From positions 32,001 to 96,000 of the IMG/VR virus record IMGVR_UViG_3300045988_069781: 64,000 nt of DNA, one strand, 5' to 3'. The notes beneath the pieces were generated by a model, which saw only the letters and a program-made list of their open reading frames with translations, had not been told where the DNA came from and ran no database searches. The stretch is from a virus. The position numbers were made by a program, and so were the translations under genes. Below, one piece after another: positions 27,501-36,100 of the stretch (position 1 is its first letter; the number at the start of each line of letters is the position of its first letter).

Positions 27501-28659
27501 AATCTCTTTGATATTTGAAAAGCTTCTGATAATGTTCACCGTAATTCAAATCTCTAGTCATAAACCCTGTTTTATGACCATCTTTTGTTTTCTCATGGAA
27601 ATAAGCCAATTTAGCTTTATCTACTTGATCTAATAGATTTAATAATTCTTTACCTTTGATTCTCTCTTCATCTGCCACAGCATTTTTAACAGCAATTATT
27701 TTATTCATCATAATTCTAACTAATTCACTATTTGAATACTGTGTACTGCCTATCCATTGATCCCACAAGTTAATATCCAAATCGCCTTCTTCTAGAATGT
27801 TTTTCAATTGATCTACAGTATAAGAACCGGCTTTGGTAGCTTCTTTTATGAAATTATCTTTGGCGATTATGTCAACTACATTATTGAAATTTCTAACAAG
27901 TTCTGCATAATTGCCCATGATTCTTTTTAACGCTACTTTTGTATCATTAATCAATTGTTCATTATTGAAATAATCAAAAGTAGTATCATCATCTAGCATA
28001 TTCTGCAAATTAGTAGCAATATTGTTATAGAATCCAATATAACCTTTTTTAATCAGATCCAATTCAGCATTAGAGATTTCATGATCATTACCGTATTTAG
28101 CAGCTTCTTTTACTTTGGATAATATTCTTAAAGTTTCATCTAATGCAGAATTGATATCTTGATCCATGTAATCTATGAATTCTAAAGTAGCTTTATCATT
28201 TTCTAATTGATTTAATCTAAATTCTAAAGCTCTCAATTCATCTAGTTTATTTGGATTTGTATATTTAGAATACTGGATATCTTTCATTCTACGATGAATA
28301 GAAGACATTAATTTGTCATACACATTATTTATAGTAGCTGGTACAAATGTAGGTTTATTAATAGTCTCATTGGCTTTTAAAACAACATCTACAGAAGATT
28401 CTCCTTTACTTACATTTTCCGGAGTAAACTGGTTGGAGAATACAATAGATTTGGCTTTAATTGCTTTTACAGCATCATTTTTATAATGCTTCAACAAGTC
28501 ATTAAATAGTTTAGAAGACTCTCCATTGGGAGTCTTATCTAAACCATAGCCATTGTTTTCTGAAAGAACATAATATGCGGCATTCTCACTACCTAATATT
28601 TCTGTATACTCTTTAAGTAAAGCTGCAACTTCTGGATTTTTAATATTTAAACACTGCAT
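24517..28659 (-). CDS. giant virion-associated (cargo or ejection-type) protein
   Basis: 1380-aa uninterrupted ORF directly downstream of the RNA polymerase gene. Function inferred from position only. Confidence 0.8.
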   Translation of the reverse strand: MQCLNIKNPEVAALLKEYTEILGSENAAYYVLSENNGYGLDKTPNGESSKLFNDLLKHYKNDAVKAIKAKSIVFSNQFTPENVSKGESSVDVVLKANETINKPTFVPATINNVYDKLMSSIHRRMKDIQYSKYTNPNKLDELRALEFRLNQLENDKATLEFIDYMDQDINSALDETLRILSKVKEAAKYGNDHEISNAELDLIKKGYIGFYNNIATNLQNMLDDDTTFDYFNNEQLINDTKVALKRIMGNYAELVRNFNNVVDIIAKDNFIKEATKAGSYTVDQLKNILEEGDLDINLWDQWIGSTQYSNSELVRIMMNKIIAVKNAVADEERIKGKELLNLLDQVDKAKLAYFHEKTKDGHKTGFMTRDLNYGEHYQKLFKYQRDLADKLGFGDKDISEVPGLLNKEQLKIWNTENNKWHAKYSIRRFVPEYYELTNSLSEEARTRRDTINMEINLLLNNTRDENGDIHRELLSDEDYGKLQELENSRRNLANPFYADGTTKAGLDLEIAREMQQYNEKLRTKLNYKPNMEKYNKAKAVAKKNLSPELFKKWEQRNSVERIKEEFWEDVKMLSSNPIKSDNQVLYENARKNLLKLYAREDGTFNTDAMPENVKSMINTYDVMISDEAIANRDKSKKSRVMEIAKWDINPKFYEEFERMEKQGEAAFNAWFSVNARYTSRGDVVPASFWRKLVPKDEFKSKYVERIPNRSWAEIDRESPFYDPRFTKYEDRGETVIPNPKYFDNSAAYKKITSDPKLKALYDALVDVMDLSNSKIGFLRYANKYKLPQIEGGSWTQIRSKDNFLKGIAYAAQDLYTVKDDDDRYMIENAKRSDGSLVKLIPTRYIKMLDNPDAITNDVVGSIIHYYKMAVNYEKMSEAAPELELALDFVSRMDFKDKKGGRISGVESKTYDKMKDLMDRFVYGMEKDAKEVDIKLPKGKHVKLSIDKLVNNLAAYTRIQGISQNLNVILTGLITNKIQNRLEAMSGIYFGNEELAKATKTLLPAYVDAIKNIGKANNKNKVLCYLEFLGVVRDNEQTFSKLNQSRLLRALNQHYWYFGHEIGDIITKGKSALSVAFFNKYDPETGKFVNKNQFLRKFKDKKKGKAAWKALNITFFDAFEVKDNQLVVRPEYAKIVDEKTLNRIKNTTKQIATRIDTQLTDLDKSKLHSTLIGQLLLIYRNFILVNLQTKFLTKRQFNYSTGVWSEAQIPAAYEYIKRHYFDKSKIDQLRELYKDHYDELDDYEKGCLKRITYEFLFSTLGFWLISSIIRAIADKDRDNWWKKEAAYLTLRASLETRGNVLPIEVFNMLNTPTAAWSTLQYWGDLTTVALQDPTEEINKGPYRGLNRLQRSLIKATPLRSIYEARDPRSKLEYYDNLISIF

Positions 28660-28661
28660 AA

Positions 28662-31600
28662 TTATTCACATTCTTTTTTACGTTGTTTACCCATTTTATC
28701 TAATTCCTCTGTAGCAGAATCATTTGCTGCTTGTTTCAAGTCAGCTGTAGTAGCAGATACAAATTCTTCATCTAAATCATAATCCTCTACTACTTGTTGT
28801 TTTGCTTTTTCTAAAGTCTGAACCATTACATAGTTCTTTGCTCTAGATACTGCCACATACTTCAATTCTTGTCTTACTTCTTGACCATTTTTATCATTAA
28901 ACCCAAAAGTATTTATACTACTGTCGTTAATTAAAACTTTACTATAAGTACCACCTTGAGATTTATGAATTGTGTGAGCATATCCGTAATCAAACGATTT
29001 TCTAAGCTTTAATCTACCGTTAGCGTCTTTGATATCTCGCATAGTGTGAATTTTATTTTGTATCCTATTAATTTTTTCAACAACAGATCTAGCTGCAGTC
29101 GGATTTCCCTCAGCTAACAATTGCTTACGCATACTCCACAAGGTCTGTATATATTCTTGAACTTTTATGATATTTTCATCTGTTTCAAAATTAGATACTA
29201 CATCAATAGTAAACGAAGAAGCAGAAGTATCTATTGCGTCTTTGAGAGTAACTTTATATCCTTCCATACTTATACTTTCTTTTCTGTCAGGATATGTTAA
29301 ATCAATTTGAATAGTAGTGGGTTTAACACTTTGCACTACGTAGTCTCCACTATTCATTAATTTGTATTTCTTTCTTAAAGAATCGTATTCTCTATTAGAA
29401 TAACCCATTACAAGTTCTCCTTCATACAATTGTGCTGGTCTCCTACCATACAGAATTTGTCTTATTGCAGAGTTATAAGCTTCTACAGAAGCATTTGTTG
29501 CAGCCAAGACTCTAAAATATAGAGGATCTTGTGAATCTTTCATTTCTTTTAATGAAGTTTTAACAAATTCTCTAATTCTAGTTTTGTCTGATGAATATTC
29601 AACTCCTTGACCATTAGGAGCAATGTCTGTTTCATAGCTAAAGCCTTCCCCATTTCTTACTCTAGTAGATTCTTTTAATATAGGATTATCTCCAGTTCTT
29701 TCTACTTTGGTTAACTGCAATTGTGCACCATCATTTCTAAATACTTTAGATATATTATTTGCTCTTACTGGTCTTAATTGACCTTTATCCCCCACGAATA
29801 TGATCTGAGCACCTTTTGCTGCAATTTGTTTAAGTAAGAAATCGTATAAACTATCTTGAATCATTGAAGCCTCATCAACTATAACTATTGAAGCATCTTC
29901 TATTTTAACAGCAGCTACTTGTTCAAATTTCAATTTGTGTAGATCAAATACATCTTCAGTAATATCAAAATCAGGACGCAATCCCAATAAACTTTGAAGT
30001 GTAAATACTTTTGCGTTTGGGGTTTTCTGTATAGTTACAGCGTTCGCTCTATGAGTTGGAGCTGAGAAAATAATATCTGCATGTATTCTACGCTTCAAAT
30101 ACTTATTAAATATACCCATAATAGTAGTCTTACCTGTACCAGCATAACCAGACAAAGTAATAGATGTATCATCTCCATTAACAAATGCTTCTAACTCTTT
30201 CAAAGCAGACTTCTGTTGGTCATTCAATTCAAAATCTAATTTAACTTCTAAACCATCATCAAAAGTATATACATATTTATCTTGTATTTGCTTAGTTTCT
30301 TCAACAGCTTGTTTTACTTCTTCTACTTTGGGTAAAGCTTCTGTTAAACCTACTTGACTGGCATATTGTTGAAGTTCAGTAAATGATGCGGCTTCACCGT
30401 TTCTCGATTGATAAGTCTTAGACCATAAATCAACATTTTCAGTAGCTACAGTCTGTAAAGCATTTTCATTGAATTCTCCAGCTTGGTTGAATATCTTAGT
30501 CTGTAAACTAGCTTTGACAGGAGTCAAATCTTGTACATAGGTTATAGCCTTAGATGGTGTAAAGTCTATGCCGGTAGGTACTACATTGTTATAACCTACA
30601 GAAGATTTCTTAAAGCCAAATTCAACAAGTACATTACCCTTATAACTTAAACCTTTCTTATTAATCAATTGATATACTGGTACTTTATTTTCATCTACAC
30701 CAATATATTTATATAAGAAAGTAGTTCTAGGGTCATTGTTCTTATCTAATTTAACCTTCTTATAAAGGTAATGTATAGGATCACCTGCTTCATTATAACC
30801 TACAATACCTCTGAATTTACTAGATTCATCATAGATTATAGAAGGTATTTCAACTTGTTCTCCTTTCTTATTAGTTACAAATAATCCACTACCATCATGA
30901 GCAACAGGTCTGTATACCGCTCTACCTTCTTCTTCAATAGTTTCATAGCTAGAATCCAATTTATAGTATTCAATAGCAGGAACTACGTGATCATTCCACC
31001 ACAGATTTCTAATTACTTCTTGTAAGTCTATCTGAGATATAACATTTTCTGGATGCTTTTCTAATTCTCTAATATAATCAAAATATCCTATTTCCTCTCT
31101 TATAGAGTTAGGAACATATCTAAATATATTGTTCTTACCGAAAGCATCTCCAGACGTATAGAAAGAATATATTGCAAGATCTTTAGCAAAGTCTCTTACT
31201 TCTTTATAATCACTTTCATAAAGTTCTTCCCAAGCACGAATTATTTCATTTTCTAAATTATTATCACCACTCTTATTGGGTTTATATGCAATGAAGTCAG
31301 GTCCTTGTAATTCTGCAGCATCTTCTTTAGGTCTACTAAAGATGTTGTTAATCAACACATTTGAAAAACTACCATCACTCCCAAGTAATGAAGGATATTT
31401 GCCTTGTAATATATCAGATTTAAGTCTATCCAATCTTCTAGAAATACTATCATTACCAAATAACATGCCACGGAATCCCATTTGATTATCTTTAACATAT
31501 TGATTAAAGAATTTAGTCTTATAGGATACTTCCATTGCTCTAGTGATATTGTTAATATATGTATCATCACTTACTGCATAGCCTTTGGTATAGTATTCAA

Positions 31601-32888
31601 TTAATGATCGTAAGGTTTCAAATTCTGGAGTAAGTCTAATCATGACATTCTGGAATGCATTTCTAGGAAATACTAATCCATCGATCATTTTCTTACCCAA
31701 GAATGTATTAGTAAACACTTTCAAAGGATTGTCGAAAACAGCCTGTTCAGTCATATACTGTTTCCATTTATCCAAGAATGCGCTTTGTAAACCAAAGTTA
31801 TTACCAAATCTCTTAGTATCAATTTGAGATAAGTTAGTTAATTCTGACAAACTCTTAGAAAATGGAGTTAATTCTTCATAAGCCTTAAGAATTAATAATT
31901 GATTATAGTACCAATCAAAAGTTTCAGTTTTCTGCAATTGTTTTCTAAGATGTGGTACAGTAAACATAGTTTTTCTTTGATTAGTACTTACACCTTTATC
32001 CTTAAGATAGTTCAGAAGATTCTCTTTCTTACCACCGGATAACTCTTTTGCTTTCTTATAGTAATCGTTCCAAATTTTAGTAAATGCTAATCTTTCAGGA
32101 TTTTTACCAGCAGGTATTTCAACACCATAAAAACCAGAATATTTATCATATTCAGTTGCATAGTCTTTTAATATCTGTTGAGGTAAGAAATAGAATGTAC
32201 TTTCACCTTTACCACTTCTAATTAAGAAGTTAGTCATGTTAAAAGTTAATTTACGTACATTCAAACGAATAATATATGGGTCTTTAGCTACGTCTACGTG
32301 AGCATTAATCAAAGCTGATAACCAGTCTAAAACATTGATCTTATTTGTATCTTCACTTTGAATGTGATGCAAATCACGTATACCATAATCATTCAATACT
32401 TTATTTGGTTTGAAATTCAATTTAACTAATTGAGTTAATACTTGATGAGCATTAGCTAACGCAAATGGACCAATACCAAACTTACCACCATTCAACTCAG
32501 CTTTAGTCCTACTCTGGAATGCTGGAGTAGAGAAATACAATTGAGATTTACTAGTTCTCTTACCTTGACCAGTTAATTTATCAACATCCTTAAGAATCTT
32601 ATCTTTCAGATAATCTGTCACAGTATCAAGAGGCTGTCTAGCTTCTGCAAAGTTCATAGGATTGCTAATTACTGACAAATACATATCAAGAAGCATGTTT
32701 TCATTTGCTTCTCTACTATTTGCTTCAAAATCAGTTTTACCATTGTATCTCTCATAAGCTTTTCTTACTACAGTTTCATCATCTAAACCAATAGCTTTCA
32801 ATCTCTGAACATACTGATCTTTTGTTTCGAACTTGATTCTATTACCATTATTGTCATAGTTATATCTTGCTATAAATAATTTATCAAT
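28662..32888 (-). CDS. virion RNA polymerase polyprotein, exon 2 (begins ...IDKLFIARYNY; C-terminal RecD-like SF1 helicase domain)
   Basis: The frame is open from 32888 to stop 28662 (1408 codons) with no ATG near its start. Helicase motifs GYAGTGKTT, IVDEASMI, FVGDKGQLRPV, HTIHKSQGGT and YVAVSRAK. Confidence 0.7.
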   Translation of the reverse strand: MDKLFIARYNYDNNGNRIKFETKDQYVQRLKAIGLDDETVVRKAYERYNGKTDFEANSREANENMLLDMYLSVISNPMNFAEARQPLDTVTDYLKDKILKDVDKLTGQGKRTSKSQLYFSTPAFQSRTKAELNGGKFGIGPFALANAHQVLTQLVKLNFKPNKVLNDYGIRDLHHIQSEDTNKINVLDWLSALINAHVDVAKDPYIIRLNVRKLTFNMTNFLIRSGKGESTFYFLPQQILKDYATEYDKYSGFYGVEIPAGKNPERLAFTKIWNDYYKKAKELSGGKKENLLNYLKDKGVSTNQRKTMFTVPHLRKQLQKTETFDWYYNQLLILKAYEELTPFSKSLSELTNLSQIDTKRFGNNFGLQSAFLDKWKQYMTEQAVFDNPLKVFTNTFLGKKMIDGLVFPRNAFQNVMIRLTPEFETLRSLIEYYTKGYAVSDDTYINNITRAMEVSYKTKFFNQYVKDNQMGFRGMLFGNDSISRRLDRLKSDILQGKYPSLLGSDGSFSNVLINNIFSRPKEDAAELQGPDFIAYKPNKSGDNNLENEIIRAWEELYESDYKEVRDFAKDLAIYSFYTSGDAFGKNNIFRYVPNSIREEIGYFDYIRELEKHPENVISQIDLQEVIRNLWWNDHVVPAIEYYKLDSSYETIEEEGRAVYRPVAHDGSGLFVTNKKGEQVEIPSIIYDESSKFRGIVGYNEAGDPIHYLYKKVKLDKNNDPRTTFLYKYIGVDENKVPVYQLINKKGLSYKGNVLVEFGFKKSSVGYNNVVPTGIDFTPSKAITYVQDLTPVKASLQTKIFNQAGEFNENALQTVATENVDLWSKTYQSRNGEAASFTELQQYASQVGLTEALPKVEEVKQAVEETKQIQDKYVYTFDDGLEVKLDFELNDQQKSALKELEAFVNGDDTSITLSGYAGTGKTTIMGIFNKYLKRRIHADIIFSAPTHRANAVTIQKTPNAKVFTLQSLLGLRPDFDITEDVFDLHKLKFEQVAAVKIEDASIVIVDEASMIQDSLYDFLLKQIAAKGAQIIFVGDKGQLRPVRANNISKVFRNDGAQLQLTKVERTGDNPILKESTRVRNGEGFSYETDIAPNGQGVEYSSDKTRIREFVKTSLKEMKDSQDPLYFRVLAATNASVEAYNSAIRQILYGRRPAQLYEGELVMGYSNREYDSLRKKYKLMNSGDYVVQSVKPTTIQIDLTYPDRKESISMEGYKVTLKDAIDTSASSFTIDVVSNFETDENIIKVQEYIQTLWSMRKQLLAEGNPTAARSVVEKINRIQNKIHTMRDIKDANGRLKLRKSFDYGYAHTIHKSQGGTYSKVLINDSSINTFGFNDKNGQEVRQELKYVAVSRAKNYVMVQTLEKAKQQVVEDYDLDEEFVSATTADLKQAANDSATEELDKMGKQRKKECE

Positions 32889-33164
32889 CGCTTGTACCCA
32901 CTGTTTCCAGTGGGGCTAGACTATATCTTCACTTTGATAGTGCTCCCCATTTCGCCTTTCGGCTACTCTACTTGCTTCTTCGATCATTTTTTGATCTATG
33001 CGTTCGATAGTCGTTGAACTTTCCCCTATACGGGGCTTAGCTGCTGATTGTCCAATCTCATTGTTTTTCAAACATTCGCACATATCTTTTCAGATTATGC
33101 TGTAGTAAATGAGCTCTAAGGGGTTTCCAGCAATTAAAGGAGTTTTACTTCAACTATGTTGTTA
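32889..33164 (-). mobile_element. group I self-splicing intron, ORF-less (boundaries +/- a few nt)
   Basis: Minus-strand RNA. Guide AGUUGAAGU (33147-33155) pairs with exon ACUUCGAUU, with U:G at GAU|U. GAAGAUAUAGUC core (32919-32930) pairs with GACUAU (33007-33012) as P7. GCC-GAAA-GGC (32954-32963). P9 CCCACUG-GAAA-CAGUGGG (32897-32914). Confidence 0.75.
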
Positions 33165-36100
33165 ATCGAAGTCTGACCCAGTAAGGGCTGTAAATTCATC
33201 AGGAAGAGTAATAGTATCACCAATCTGTTCAGGATAAACGTCCACCACTTTTAAAGCTGCTGTAGAAGCTTGACCCTGTGCAGGGATACGATAACCCATA
33301 GCTATTGCCTTTGTATCTGGACCAATTATATCGTGGTTTATTAACCACGCTTTAGCTTGACTGAAAGTCATTTTATCATAATTAGGTATGATGTGTTTCA
33401 ATAAGTTAATTGATATAACACAATCCATACTACCATCATTATTAACAAAATTAAGCTTTCTTACATGGTTGGCATCAGATGTTACAGCTAATCTATTATA
33501 TAAGATAGAAGACATCTGAATAAACATACCACCAGGTAGATTAGTATCTACTATGGCTTTATTCAACATTGATATAAGACCACTTTCAATCCAAGAATTA
33601 TCGGATAAACCTGAAATAGGAGCATTAGTGTTGCCATCTTCTACAGTAAGACCATTCAAAACATTATCGTTCATGTTTGAATTTTCTGCTTTTCTCTTAA
33701 GAATATTGGCAAACTTAACAATACTAGCTTGTGGATTATTGGCATCAATACCGAAGTCTTTTTCTATACTCTTTCTACCAAATTCAGTAATAGCATTATG
33801 TGCTCCATTGAAGTTATCAATAACCTCTTGTCCTGAGTAAGATACACCGTTGGGAGTAGTATATGTCCAAGCTGTTCTAATGTTACCCATAGCTGCTTTT
33901 TGAGCCTGAGATACAAACATCTGTCTATCTGCATGGTGTGGATCAGTTACTAGCTGACGTCTAAAATTAACTAAAGACTGTTTGTGAGTAGGCATATTCA
34001 TTAAACCTTCTACGTCTACCTTGGTATTTGATTTATCTGTGTAAATCTTAGATTTAACTTCTTCAACTCTTTGACCAACTTTAACTGCAGATTCAAACGC
34101 AAGCATGTGTATGTTTCTGGCTTGCATTACTTTTAATACTTCTCCCATATCCCCTGTAGAGAATATTCTATGAACTGGGAACATAGCCATTTTGTCAAAT
34201 ACGGGTATGTCTCTCTTTGCATTTACATCATAATGATCGCCGAAATACATTAACTTCAAAGGTTTTAATGTAACGGCTAAGGCTTCATTATAAGTATCTG
34301 CATCAGCTTCATAATCTGTTTCAGGGTTATTCAATATATCAAAAGCTTTAGCTACTTCAGGAGTCCATCCATCAATTCTTCTAACTAATTCTTTATAGAA
34401 TTCAGGAGAGATAAGTACTGTAGCATCCGTTTGGTTTACTTTGGTATAACCACCAAATTTACTATCAACTACAAGATTAGCAGCATCTTCAACGTCTTGG
34501 GGCAATGCTTCACCACTCTCATACATTGCAAGAGCTTCTTCTTGAGTCATATCATGCATTTCCTGTAACAGTCTTACTGCAGCTGACTTTTTAGCAAATT
34601 CATTGATTCTATCAAGCTGTCTACTAGGTATTACATTATCTGATAAAGTACCTACATTAACTTCAGTTAAGTTTGATAATTCATTACCTTCTCCATAATC
34701 TATTCTAGGAGTAACACCAGTTGACAATACCTCACGAAGACGTTTAATTTTATCTACAGGATCTTTATAATATGCAGGATCTTTAATAAATAACTTCTCA
34801 AATTCTATTACTGAGGATATAGTATTAGCAAAATAGTTTGCCATTAACTCTGTAGCAGCTAACTCTTTGCTGTATTTTGATACCTCTTGACGTTTTTTAT
34901 AGTGATTTTCTGCATCATCCAATGCCTTTTGAGGAAGCGCTAAGCTCTTTACACTAGCAAAATCCTTACCATTCCAATCAATTATACCTATTTCTTTTGC
35001 ATAATCCAATTCGTCTTTAAAAGCATCTGTTAAATATTCATTCATTAACAAAGCTTTATCAGAGTTACTCATCTTAGCCCAAGCTGCTTTTATTTGATTT
35101 ACTACGGATAATGCTAAGTCACTACCACCAATGTCTTCAGCAAGTTTAAGAGCTTCATTGAAATTAGAGAAATCATCTACAAATTCAATACCACCTAAAG
35201 TTGGTTGTTCTTTAAGTTTAAAGAACCCGTTGAAATATCTAAATCTGTAACCATTTCTATTACCAATATCATAGTTCTTTACTTTTTGTTCCTTTGTCAG
35301 ATTACCTTCATTCTTATAGTTGAATTCAATAGTATCTAATTCAGTTTCAAAGTAATTAATAAATCTGGTTAATACTTTGGCATTAAATTTAACTTGATTG
35401 TTAGTAGTATCTAAAGGTTGATTGAAATTGTTGATAGCTGTGCCATATAAAGTATTATATGTCTGAGAGTCACCCATAGTAGGTAAAACAATTCTACCTT
35501 TCTGAGTAAGTGTCATTTTAGCAATATAATCTTCCAATGGTGAGATTTCTGTATACTTACGTCCTTTATCACCACTACCCTGTTCCTTGAAATAAACCAA
35601 AGTTTCAACACCTATTTTACCAGATGCGGTAGGATTATTATAAAGATTTGTAAGTAAATAGGAACCTTTGAAATAATTAGGGTTAGCATTGTTACCAGTA
35701 TTATATAATACCTTAGTAAGAGCTTCTACTGTAGCTGGATCATTATCAAGATTCTGAACCATATCTGTTAAGTAGTTATGATCAGATATAGGATATAACA
35801 ACTTACCATCAGTAGACAATACAGACAACTCATCTGAGTTAGGATGTGTCATACCATACGTTTCAGACAATCTACCTAAGAATTTAGAATCATCATAGTA
35901 TCTGCTGATATGTCTATTAAATGTACCAGGTACATTACCAGATGGTTCAATTTTCAGTACATCTTTTAACTTATTACCAAATAAGAATGATAAACCAGCA
36001 TTACTACCATCAGTAAACAAATTTACTATTTGCTCTGCAGGATTTGGATCATAATATTCTTTAATCAAAAATGAATTTAATGTAGCCATATCTACAGATA

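Noticed and set aside
32889-32917. In-frame extension PHWKQWVQA upstream of exon 2 that looks like coding sequence
   Set aside because: It is the translation of the intron P9 hairpin CCCACUG-GAAA-CAGUGGG and is preceded by an in-frame TAG. Including it would not restore the DxDxD motif.
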